A stretch of 25,462 bases of DNA. Origin: Candidatus Sumerlaeia bacterium (GTDB lineage: Bacteria; Sumerlaeota; Sumerlaeia; SLMS01). Positions 17,960 through 25,462 of this stretch are shown piece after piece; within the stretch, counting starts at the first letter, position 1; each line of letters starts with the position of its first letter. The notes under the pieces are model-generated. The model was not told the DNA's origin. It searched no databases and saw only the letters and a program-made list of their open reading frames with translations. Where the stretch lies: the NCBI GenBank assembly GCA_038208905.1, contig JBBQYG010000048.1:1-25462 (forward strand), given 5' to 3'. A program made the position numbers and the translations under genes.

Positions 17960-19033
17960 ATGAAGATTTCCCGCAGTCTGGTTGCGGTGGGCGCGGTTGC
18001 CGCGGTGCTGGCGGGTTGCGCCCCCTCGCGCGAGGCCTATCGCGCGCGCCCCGTCCTCGCCGTTGCCCAAACCGTGCCCATGCCCGGCGCCGGGGACGCC
18101 GCCGACGACCCGGCGATCTGGGTTCACCTTACCGACCCAACGCGCAGCCTGATCATCGGCACCAACAAGCAGGAGGGCCTGGGTGTCTATGCGCTCGATG
18201 GCTCGCTGGTCAATTACTACGCCTTTGGCAAGCCTAACAACGTCGATGTTCGCTATGGCTTTCCCCTCGGCGGCCGGTCCGTGGACATCGCCGCGACGGA
18301 GGATCGCTCCAACGATTCGATTAGAGTCTTCGAAATCGACTCCTCGGCGCGCTCCCTGGCGGAGATCTCGGCGGGGGTGCTTTCCGCCGGGATGGAGGTT
18401 TATGGCAGCAGCCTGTATCGCAGCGCGCGAGGCGGCGGGTTCTACTTCTTCGTCGGGTCCAAGATTGGAGAAGTAAGGCAGTTCCGACTCACGGGGAATG
18501 CGGGAGGCAAGGTGGAGGCCGAGCTGGTGCGCACACTCAAGCTGGCCACCCAGGTCGAGGGGATCGTGGCCGACGACGAGCTGGGCCATGTATATATCGG
18601 AGAGGAAGGCCGCGGCGTTTGGAAGTTCGATGCGGAGCCCTCGGCTTCCGCAGAGGGCACGCTGATCTCGCCAATTGGCGGCGATCAGCCCCTTCGCCGC
18701 CGCGACGTGGAAGGGTTGGCGATCCACAAGGCCACGACCGAGACCGGCTATCTGATCGCTTCGAGCCAAGGGTCCAACGAGTACGTTGTCTATACTCGAG
18801 AAGGGGCCAACGACTACCTGGGAACCTTCCGCATCGCGCGGGGCGCGGCGATCGACGGCGCGGAGGAAACCGATGGCATCGACGCGACCAGCGGCAACCT
18901 GGGACCGGGATTCGAATCGGGCGCGTTTGTGGCACAGGACGGCCACAATGCGGGCGGAAACCAGAACTTCAAGATCGTGCCGTGGAGCGCCATCGCCGCG
19001 GCCTTCGATCCGCCGTTGCTGCAGGCGGAGTAG
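17960..19033 (+). CDS. Beta-propeller phytase (3-phytase), predicted lipoprotein
   Basis: Lipobox LAGC; DAADDPAIW, IIGTNK, NNVDVRY, QVEG..ADDE, DVEGL, SSQGSN, ETDGI and QDG.N…QNFKIVPW motifs. Confidence 0.93.
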   Translation: MKISRSLVAVGAVAAVLAGCAPSREAYRARPVLAVAQTVPMPGAGDAADDPAIWVHLTDPTRSLIIGTNKQEGLGVYALDGSLVNYYAFGKPNNVDVRYGFPLGGRSVDIAATEDRSNDSIRVFEIDSSARSLAEISAGVLSAGMEVYGSSLYRSARGGGFYFFVGSKIGEVRQFRLTGNAGGKVEAELVRTLKLATQVEGIVADDELGHVYIGEEGRGVWKFDAEPSASAEGTLISPIGGDQPLRRRDVEGLAIHKATTETGYLIASSQGSNEYVVYTREGANDYLGTFRIARGAAIDGAEETDGIDATSGNLGPGFESGAFVAQDGHNAGGNQNFKIVPWSAIAAAFDPPLLQAE

Positions 19034-19054
19034 GTCTCCAACCCCCACCGCGGG

Positions 19055-19090
19055 AAAAAGGGCGGGCCCCGTCGCCTAGACGGGGCCCGC
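19055..19090 (-). terminator. Intrinsic terminator between convergent genes
   Basis: 12-bp stem GCGGGCCCCGTC(19062-19073)/GACGGGGCCCGC(19079-19090). AAAAA at 19055-19059 gives a U-tract on the minus strand. Confidence 0.8.
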
Positions 19091-19119
19091 TCTCACCGAG
19101 GGGGGCTGCTGCCCAGAAC

Positions 19120-20433
19120 TCAGTTGAACATCTCCCAGCCCGCAACGGACGACACGGAGCCAGTCACGTTGAAGGTGCGGAAGAAGGCGTCGTTGGCATC
19201 GGCGCCACCGGCGCTGTGCCATGCGGCGACTCCCTTGTTTCCAACGAGGCTGAAGGCGGCTTCGCGCACGTTGGTGACCGTGCGGTCGGTGTTGATCAGG
19301 AGGTCCGTAGTCTCGGCAACCCCGGTCTCGCTGAAGAAGCGGACATAGATGTTAACATCGTTGCGGGCTCCCCACGCGGCGGCAAAGGTACTGGTGCCGA
19401 CATGGTACCGAAGCACGATGGCCTGCTGACGGCCGGTCAGGCCGACGCTGCTGATGCGAACGGCATTTGCACCGCTGCCGATGGTGCGGTCGGCGTTGAA
19501 GAAGTTGCCCCAGGCGACCTCGTTGCCGGAAGGAAGGCCTTCGCCCTCGAAGGAGACGGCATACTTTCCGTTGGGGGCCACGGCGACAGACGGGTTCCCG
19601 AGCTTGCTGCGCTCGTCGCCGCCGCCGGTGGTGGCGATGTTGGCGCCAACAACGGGGGCGAAGGCGGCAAGGGGAGCCAGGCTGGAACTGAAATAGCGGA
19701 TGTTGACGTCATCCTCGGTTCCCGGAGCGAGGGTTGGGAAGCGCGTGTTGCCGTCATCCTCCCACGCGACCACCACGACATCGGTGGCGACATTGCCGCT
19801 GCGAATGATGCCAATCGCGGTGTCACCCTGTGAGCCCGCATTGTTGCCATCGTGAACGATGACGGGGGTGGCAATCGGGGTCAGGTCGGCCTGATAGCGG
19901 CGGAACAGGGCCGCGACGGAGGGCTCAGAGTCGGCGCCTTCGTAGGAAACGAGAAGGCTGCCGTCGGAAAAGAAGTCAACCTTCGGCTTGGCGCCAGCGC
20001 CTGTGGACACATCGACCTGCGACCCGATCGTGGTGAGGGTCGAGGCATCGACGCGCTGGATTCGGGCGCCAGCGTCGGCGCCAACGCCCCAGCCGAGGAT
20101 CAACTCTGTGCCGGCGGGGTTGTAGGAGAGCGAAAGGGCGGCGCTGGTATATCCAGTGGTTGCGCTCGGCAGTGTCAGCGTGTTCTGCACGGTCTCCGTG
20201 GCGATGTCGCGGAGTTGCACCACGATGTCGGTTCCCTCGCGGAAGGCGATGGCGAGCTGAGTGCCAGCGGGGTTGATCGCCGGGCGGGGAGACTGCTGCG
20301 TGGCGGAAGCGCCCCCGGGACCAACGAGCCGGGTGGTGACAGATGGTGTGGTGCCGAATTCGATGCCGGGCTGGGCGGTTGCCATCGTGGCCGCGAGGAC
20401 AAACACGGGGGCAATTACAAGACGAAGCTTCAT
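19120..20433 (-). CDS. Secreted hypothetical protein, probable beta-propeller-like repeats, C-terminal V-x-x-W-x-x-F tail
   Basis: RBS AAGGAG and Sec signal MKLRLVIAPVFVLAATMATA/Q. Recurring P-x-[VI]…G…[AV]-x-[WYF] units; ends …TGSVSSVAGWEMFN. Confidence 0.85.
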   Translation of the reverse strand: MKLRLVIAPVFVLAATMATAQPGIEFGTTPSVTTRLVGPGGASATQQSPRPAINPAGTQLAIAFREGTDIVVQLRDIATETVQNTLTLPSATTGYTSAALSLSYNPAGTELILGWGVGADAGARIQRVDASTLTTIGSQVDVSTGAGAKPKVDFFSDGSLLVSYEGADSEPSVAALFRRYQADLTPIATPVIVHDGNNAGSQGDTAIGIIRSGNVATDVVVVAWEDDGNTRFPTLAPGTEDDVNIRYFSSSLAPLAAFAPVVGANIATTGGGDERSKLGNPSVAVAPNGKYAVSFEGEGLPSGNEVAWGNFFNADRTIGSGANAVRISSVGLTGRQQAIVLRYHVGTSTFAAAWGARNDVNIYVRFFSETGVAETTDLLINTDRTVTNVREAAFSLVGNKGVAAWHSAGGADANDAFFRTFNVTGSVSSVAGWEMFN

Positions 20434-20509
20434 TGCTGCTTCTCCTTAGGTTGTATGGGTAAGGTGACGGGGCTCCGCCGGTGCGATAGCTCCCGATGAT
20501 GCCAAGTGA

Positions 20510-21130
20510 TCAGTTGGGGATGACGGTCTGGGGGTTCCAAGCGCTCCACAGCACGCCGTTCAAGCGCCAGTTTCCGCGGCGATAGTCGCCGCCAAGGCGC
20601 AGGATGTCGCCGCTGCTGATGGTGCCGTTGGTCGGATCGTAGGTGGAGTAGGTGCCGGCGGAGGGAAAGTTCTCGTGGGACCCGCTGATGCCATCCTTCC
20701 GGTCCGGCCCGAGCGAGACGACGATGTAGGCGTTCGTGCGAAGCGCCGTCAGCGGGTTGTTGTCGGACGCGGAATCCATCACATAGAAGGCCGCCACATC
20801 GCTGGCGTTGGGATCGTCGCTCCGGATCGGATCGCTGAAGGGATCGCTGAGGAGCGTCGAGATGTAGGCGACAGGGGAGGTAAGCGAGTAGAAGCCGCGC
20901 TCATTGACGTTCAGGGGATTGTTGTCCTGGTCACCGGGATAGCGATTCCAGTCCACCACGTAGGCCTCAAGCGCCGTCGCATAGACGCGCATGTCGTTCT
21001 TCACGCGGCTGACCTTGGCGCGCGTTTGCGCCTCCAGAAAGTTTGGGACGGCGATGGCCGCAAGAATTGCAATGATGGCGACGACGATCAGGAGCTCGAT
21101 CAGCGTGAAGCCACGGAGAGACATCTTCAT
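20510..21130 (-). CDS. Prepilin-type N-terminal cleavage/methylation domain protein (type IV pilin / GspG-like pseudopilin)
   Basis: MKMSLRG|FTLIELLIVVAIIAILAAIAVP is a class III signal with Glu5, followed by an amphipathic helix to YVVDWNRYP, then SLGPD and YDPTNGTISSGDI. RBS GAGGA upstream of ATG 21130. Confidence 0.92.
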   Translation of the reverse strand: MKMSLRGFTLIELLIVVAIIAILAAIAVPNFLEAQTRAKVSRVKNDMRVYATALEAYVVDWNRYPGDQDNNPLNVNERGFYSLTSPVAYISTLLSDPFSDPIRSDDPNASDVAAFYVMDSASDNNPLTALRTNAYIVVSLGPDRKDGISGSHENFPSAGTYSTYDPTNGTISSGDILRLGGDYRRGNWRLNGVLWSAWNPQTVIPN

Positions 21131-21361
21131 TCGGACTTCCTCAAGGGGGTACGGGGGATGTGAAGAGGCGACGCGCGGAGTGCTAACCCGCCACCCCGCG
21201 ACTCGTCGAACGGCGACGCCGCAACTTTTCCGGGGCGCCGTCGCCATATAGTTGAACTTTGCGTGGCGGGGCGCCATGCGCCGTCCGCGCCTTGACACCG
21301 CGATTCACCGTCGGGGACGTTTTCCTGTTACACCATTATCCAAAAGGCTGGCGAACCAACA

Positions 21362-23392
21362 ATGACGACCTCACCCGACAAGCAGGCACCCAAGGTGGAC
21401 ACCGCCCTGCTGCGCCGATTGGCCAATACCGTGCGCGGTCTTTCCATCGACGGCATCGAGGCGGCCAATTCAGGCCATCCCGGGCTCCCGCTGGGATGCG
21501 CCGACTTCGCCGTGACGCTCTGGTATCATTTCCTGCGCTACAATCCCGCCGACACGCACTGGCCGGGACGCGACAAGTTCATCCTCTCCGGCGGGCACGG
21601 CTCGATGCTGTTGTATTCGCTCCTGCATCTGGCGGGATTTGATCTCCCCATGGAGGAGTTGAAGAACTTTCGCCAGTGGGGCAGCAAGACCCCCGGCCAT
21701 CCCGAGGTTCATCTCACCCCCGGGGTGGAGACCACCACGGGTCCCCTCGGGCAGGGCTTCGCCAACGCCGTGGGCTTCGGCCTCGCCGACAAGATGATGG
21801 CCGCGCGCGTGCACCGCGACAACTTCTCGCCCTTCGATTCGTATATCTACTGCCTCTGCTCCGACGGCGACCTGATGGAGGGCGTCGCGATGGAGGCCGC
21901 CAGCCTGGCGGGCCACTTGGGCCTGGGGAACCTGATCTACCTCTACGACGACAACGACATCACGCTCGATGCGCCGACGTCCTTCACGTTCAGCGGGGAA
22001 GACACCGCCAAGAAATTCGACTCGATCGGGTGGCATGTGCAGAAGGTGGACGGCTTCGACCATCAGGCCATCGCCAACGCCATCGTCGCGGCACAGGCGG
22101 AGAAGGAGCGCCCGTCGCTGATCCTCTGCAAGACGATCATCGGATTTGGCTCGCCCAGCAAGGCCGGCACCCAGCACGTCCACGGCTCGCCGCTGGGGGC
22201 CGAGGAAGCTAAGAAAACCAAGGAGCAGCTCGGCATTCCGCAGGAGGCCTTCTTCGTCCCCGAGGCCGACCGCGCCGCGTGGGCCGCGCGCGGCGAAGAG
22301 TTGAAGAAGGCGTATGACGCATGGCACGCCAGCGTGGAAGCAAACCGCGCCGCCCATCCCGACGCGATCAAGGCACTTGAAGGTTACTTCGAGGGCGACA
22401 TTCCCGCGGATCTGCACACGCGGCTTCCCAAGTTCGACCCCGCCAAGCCCATCGCCACGCGCAAGGCCAGCGAGGCCGCACTCCGCGCCATCGGCGCCGA
22501 GGTGCCGTTCCTCGTCGGTGGATCGGCGGACCTCTCGGGCTCCACCTTTGCCATCGTGGAAGACACCCGCGTGGATCGCGGCGAGTTCAAGGGGCGTCAC
22601 ATCTTCTTCGGCGTCCGCGAGCACGGCATGGCCGCCGTGGTCAACGGCATGGTGAATCACGGCGCGTTCCGCGCATTTGGCGCCACGTTCCTTACGTTCA
22701 GCGACTACATGCGCGGCGCTGTCCGCCTCGGCGCGCTGAGCGATTGCCCGGCGATCTGGGTCTTCACCCACGACTCCATCTTCCTCGGCGAGGACGGTCC
22801 CACACATCAGTCCGTGGAGCACGCCGCGGCACTCCGCGCGATTCCGGGTCTCATCGTGCTTCGTCCCGGCGACGCGGTGGAAACGGCGGAGGCGTGGGTT
22901 GCAGCGCTTCGAGAGAAGCGTCATCCCAGCGCGCTCATTCTAACACGCCAGAACCTGCCGGTGTACGACCGCGCATCGCCCGAGTTTGCGACGATGGGGA
23001 GCCTCTTCGAAGGCGGCTACGTCTTCCGCAAGGAGAGCAAGACCAGCCACATCGACGGAATCCTGATCGGCACGGGATCGGAGCTTCACCTGTGCGTGGA
23101 GGCCGCGCGCCAGCTCGAGGCCGCGGGCCAGAGCATCCGCGTCGTCAGCATGGCGAGCTGGGAACTCTTTGACCGCCAGCCCGCCGACTACCGCGCGGGA
23201 ATCCTCCCCGGTGCCATCACGAAGCGCCTCGCTGTTGAGGCGGGCGTCTCCATGGGCTGGGAGAAGTACATTGGCTCCAAGGGCGGCACAGTCTGTCAGG
23301 ACCGCTATGGCGCATCGGCCCCAGCCAAGGTGCTCGCGGAGAAGTTCGGCTTCACGGTGGACAGTGTGGTGAAGGCGTTCGGCGCGCTCTAA
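21362..23392 (+). CDS. tkt: Transketolase
   Basis: [27 protein letters not shown] (TPP motif), GVREHGM and [15 protein letters not shown]. Confidence 0.97.
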   Translation: MTTSPDKQAPKVDTALLRRLANTVRGLSIDGIEAANSGHPGLPLGCADFAVTLWYHFLRYNPADTHWPGRDKFILSGGHGSMLLYSLLHLAGFDLPMEELKNFRQWGSKTPGHPEVHLTPGVETTTGPLGQGFANAVGFGLADKMMAARVHRDNFSPFDSYIYCLCSDGDLMEGVAMEAASLAGHLGLGNLIYLYDDNDITLDAPTSFTFSGEDTAKKFDSIGWHVQKVDGFDHQAIANAIVAAQAEKERPSLILCKTIIGFGSPSKAGTQHVHGSPLGAEEAKKTKEQLGIPQEAFFVPEADRAAWAARGEELKKAYDAWHASVEANRAAHPDAIKALEGYFEGDIPADLHTRLPKFDPAKPIATRKASEAALRAIGAEVPFLVGGSADLSGSTFAIVEDTRVDRGEFKGRHIFFGVREHGMAAVVNGMVNHGAFRAFGATFLTFSDYMRGAVRLGALSDCPAIWVFTHDSIFLGEDGPTHQSVEHAAALRAIPGLIVLRPGDAVETAEAWVAALREKRHPSALILTRQNLPVYDRASPEFATMGSLFEGGYVFRKESKTSHIDGILIGTGSELHLCVEAARQLEAAGQSIRVVSMASWELFDRQPADYRAGILPGAITKRLAVEAGVSMGWEKYIGSKGGTVCQDRYGASAPAKVLAEKFGFTVDSVVKAFGAL

Positions 23393-23420
23393 CGCGGGGA
23401 CGACGGTTGATGTCTATACA

Positions 23421-23454
23421 GGCGGGCGGCGGCGACGCCGCCCGCCCTTCGTTT
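23421..23454 (+). terminator. Probable terminator between tkt and the convergent ClC gene
   Basis: 11-bp stem GGCGGGCGGCG/CGCCGCCCGCC with a GCGA tetraloop, followed by CTTCGTTT. Confidence 0.7.
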
Positions 23455-25393
23455 AATCGCCAAGCGGCAGTTCCTGCTGGGCACCATCGGCCTTCGGATT
23501 CGACGTCCGATAGGTGTTCAGGATATCCACCCGGTTCACCATTCCCACGATGCGGCGGCTGCCGGCCTTTGCGAGGACGGGGATTCCCACCGCCTCGGTG
23601 GAGCTGAAGATCGCCAGCGCCTCGCTCGCCATCGAGTCGGGATAGAGCACCTGTGGATTAGCGTCCGCGGCATCCGACGCGATGATCGCCCCGCCAACGC
23701 CGGCCAGCGTCATCACCCCGCGGATGTCCTTGGTGGAGACCATGCCCACTAGGTTGTCCTCCGCATCCACGACGGCGAAGGCATCGTCCTCGCTGGTGCT
23801 GAACGCGGCGATCACCTGGTCGAGGCTGTCGCCGGGCGAGAGGCGCGTGAAGTGCGACTTCATGACGCGGCGGATCGGCAGCCGCGCCAGCGGATCGTTG
23901 GATCGGCGGTGGGCTTCCTCCACGTCGAACCCATCGCGCAGCAGCGACAGCGTATAGACAGAGCCCTGCCGGACCGCGGAGGACACCAGCGAGGCCGTGG
24001 CCACGGTGATCATCAGCGGCAGCACCATGCGGTAATTGGCGCCAGAAACTTCGTAGATGATCAGGATTGCGGCGATGGGAATACTGAGCGTGGTGGAGAC
24101 TGTTCCCGCCATGCCCACCAACGCGAATACGATCACCGACGGCGCCAACTCGGGCGCGGCGTGGCTGCACAGCACTCCGAATCCCGCGCCCAGCAGAGCA
24201 CCCACCACCATCGCGGGCGCAAAGGCCCCGCCCGTTCCGCCGGAGCCCAGCGTGAGCCCCGTTGCCAGAATCTTGATGAGCGCGATGAACAGGAAGAACA
24301 GCGCGGCGAGCAGCGTCGGCGCCGGAGCCTCTACCGCGCCGTAGGCGCCGAGGATCTGCTTTCTCACCGCCTCGTAGCCCTCGCCAATCACTTCTGGAAA
24401 CGCGAGGCCGATCACGCCGACACACAGGCCGCCCAGCGCGGGCTTGAGCCACATCGGCGCGCGCACGGTGCCAAAGAGGTCATGGAACTTGTAGATGGTA
24501 TAGACAAGGAGCGAACCGCCCAATCCGCAGAGCACGCCGAGCCCCGCAAACATCATGATCTGCGCATAGGACTTTACGATGCCGTCCATCAGACGCGGAT
24601 CGATGCCCGGGAAAACGGGCGAGTTGGGGAGGATCGCCTCCGATGTGACCGACGCCACCACGGCGGCGACCACGATGGGGCCGAACGTGCGGACGGCGAA
24701 GTCCTTCATCAGCAGCTCCAGCGCGAGGAACACGCCGCCAATGGGGGCGTTGAACACACCGGCGATTCCCGACGCCGCGCCGCATCCGATCAGCGTTCCC
24801 ACGCGCTCCTTGGAGACCAGCGCCTCCCGCCCGATCAGCGATCCCACCACGGAACCGATCTCCACGATGGGGCCCTCGGGTCCGCTGGACCCACCGGTCG
24901 AGATGGTGACAATACTGGAGGCGGACTTCAACGCCATCGACGGCGGCAGATTGACGTTCCCCGTCGCGATGGCCTTGATCACGTTTGGTACGCCGTGGCC
25001 GCCCACCAGGCCCAGGATGCGATAGATCACCAGTCCCACGACCAAGCCGCCGAACGCCGGTAGCAGGGCCTTGATCGCGATGCCGATCGACGCCGCGGCC
25101 ACGGGGCCGATCCCGTGGCCGGCGTGAATCATCGGCGCCTCGAAGAAGAAGTGATGCGTGACGGCGATCAGGTGCCGGAACAGCGCGCATACAGCGCCCA
25201 TCGAAAGGCCCACAAGGACCGCCAGCGCGAAGAGATAGACCTCCTCGCCGTCCCTGCTCTGGCGCAGCCATCTTGTGGCCCACGCCACAAACCTGCGATG
25301 CGGCAGGGGGCGCGCGACAACCGAATCAGTGGGCTTGCGGACTTCGGCGCCGCTGAGAAGGTGCCTGGGCCTTTCGCCCGATTCCTGACTCAT
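23453..25393 (-). CDS. ClC-family chloride channel/H+ antiporter with C-terminal CBS pair
   Basis: GHGVP, GGSSGPEGP (gating Glu), FNAPIGG..LALE and GGAFAP motifs, many TM segments, and two CBS-like repeats. Confidence 0.93.
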   Translation of the reverse strand: MSQESGERPRHLLSGAEVRKPTDSVVARPLPHRRFVAWATRWLRQSRDGEEVYLFALAVLVGLSMGAVCALFRHLIAVTHHFFFEAPMIHAGHGIGPVAAASIGIAIKALLPAFGGLVVGLVIYRILGLVGGHGVPNVIKAIATGNVNLPPSMALKSASSIVTISTGGSSGPEGPIVEIGSVVGSLIGREALVSKERVGTLIGCGAASGIAGVFNAPIGGVFLALELLMKDFAVRTFGPIVVAAVVASVTSEAILPNSPVFPGIDPRLMDGIVKSYAQIMMFAGLGVLCGLGGSLLVYTIYKFHDLFGTVRAPMWLKPALGGLCVGVIGLAFPEVIGEGYEAVRKQILGAYGAVEAPAPTLLAALFFLFIALIKILATGLTLGSGGTGGAFAPAMVVGALLGAGFGVLCSHAAPELAPSVIVFALVGMAGTVSTTLSIPIAAILIIYEVSGANYRMVLPLMITVATASLVSSAVRQGSVYTLSLLRDGFDVEEAHRRSNDPLARLPIRRVMKSHFTRLSPGDSLDQVIAAFSTSEDDAFAVVDAEDNLVGMVSTKDIRGVMTLAGVGGAIIASDAADANPQVLYPDSMASEALAIFSSTEAVGIPVLAKAGSRRIVGMVNRVDILNTYRTSNPKADGAQQELPLGD

Positions 25394-25462
25394 GTCGCCA
25401 TCAGTCGGCGAGCCGCATCGCCGGGATCTCTCTCACGCATGAGGGACTCGCCCACCAGGACG
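25390..25462 (-). CDS. trpC: 3' end of indole-3-glycerol-phosphate synthase (partial)
   Basis: Manual translation VLVGESLMRERDPGDAARRLMAT* matches the TrpC C-terminal LVGESLMR..DP motif. Only 23 codons are visible. Confidence 0.7.
   Translation of the reverse strand, partial: VLVGESLMRERDPGDAARRLMAT

Noticed and set aside
15861-19033. Genome-wide TAG reassignment to explain the amber codon in the binding protein
   Set aside because: argD, the permease and the phytase end in TAG at plausible C-termini. Phytase readthrough would run through the terminator hairpin.
21131-21298. N-terminal extension of the pilin ORF (likewise the extensions of rpsB, rsgA and argD in the ORF track)
   Set aside because: Downstream starts have RBSs and match family N-termini. 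The extensions overlap leaders or neighbouring genes.

Overview
High-GC bacterial chromosomal window, mostly housekeeping genes. In order: the 3' part of an HI0933/BaiN flavoprotein, then rpsB (with an S2/t44-type leader)-tsf-pyrH-frr. Next come a decayed UPF0175/DUF3368-like (PIN) toxin-antitoxin pair, an M29 aminopeptidase, rsgA, sthA, a TGS/ThrRS-like-uridine-kinase fusion, engB and thpR. These are followed by ptsH-ptsI-hypothetical-argD and tRNA-Pro(TGG). An accessory block then holds a polar amino-acid ABC permease, a binding protein interrupted by an in-frame TAG, a lipoprotein beta-propeller phytase, a secreted repeat protein ending in SSVAGWEMFN, and an orphan pilin/pseudopilin-like gene. 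The window ends with tkt, a ClC-CBS channel and the 3' end of trpC. From memory only (not verified), the pilin N-terminus and the V-x-x-W-x-x-aromatic C-terminus suggest Candidatus Sumerlaeota (BRC1) or a relative. The best candidates for undescribed biology are the pseudopilin/secreted-protein pair with a putative C-terminal sorting tag, the 3-Cys hypothetical inside the PTS-argD operon, and the amber-interrupted binding protein.
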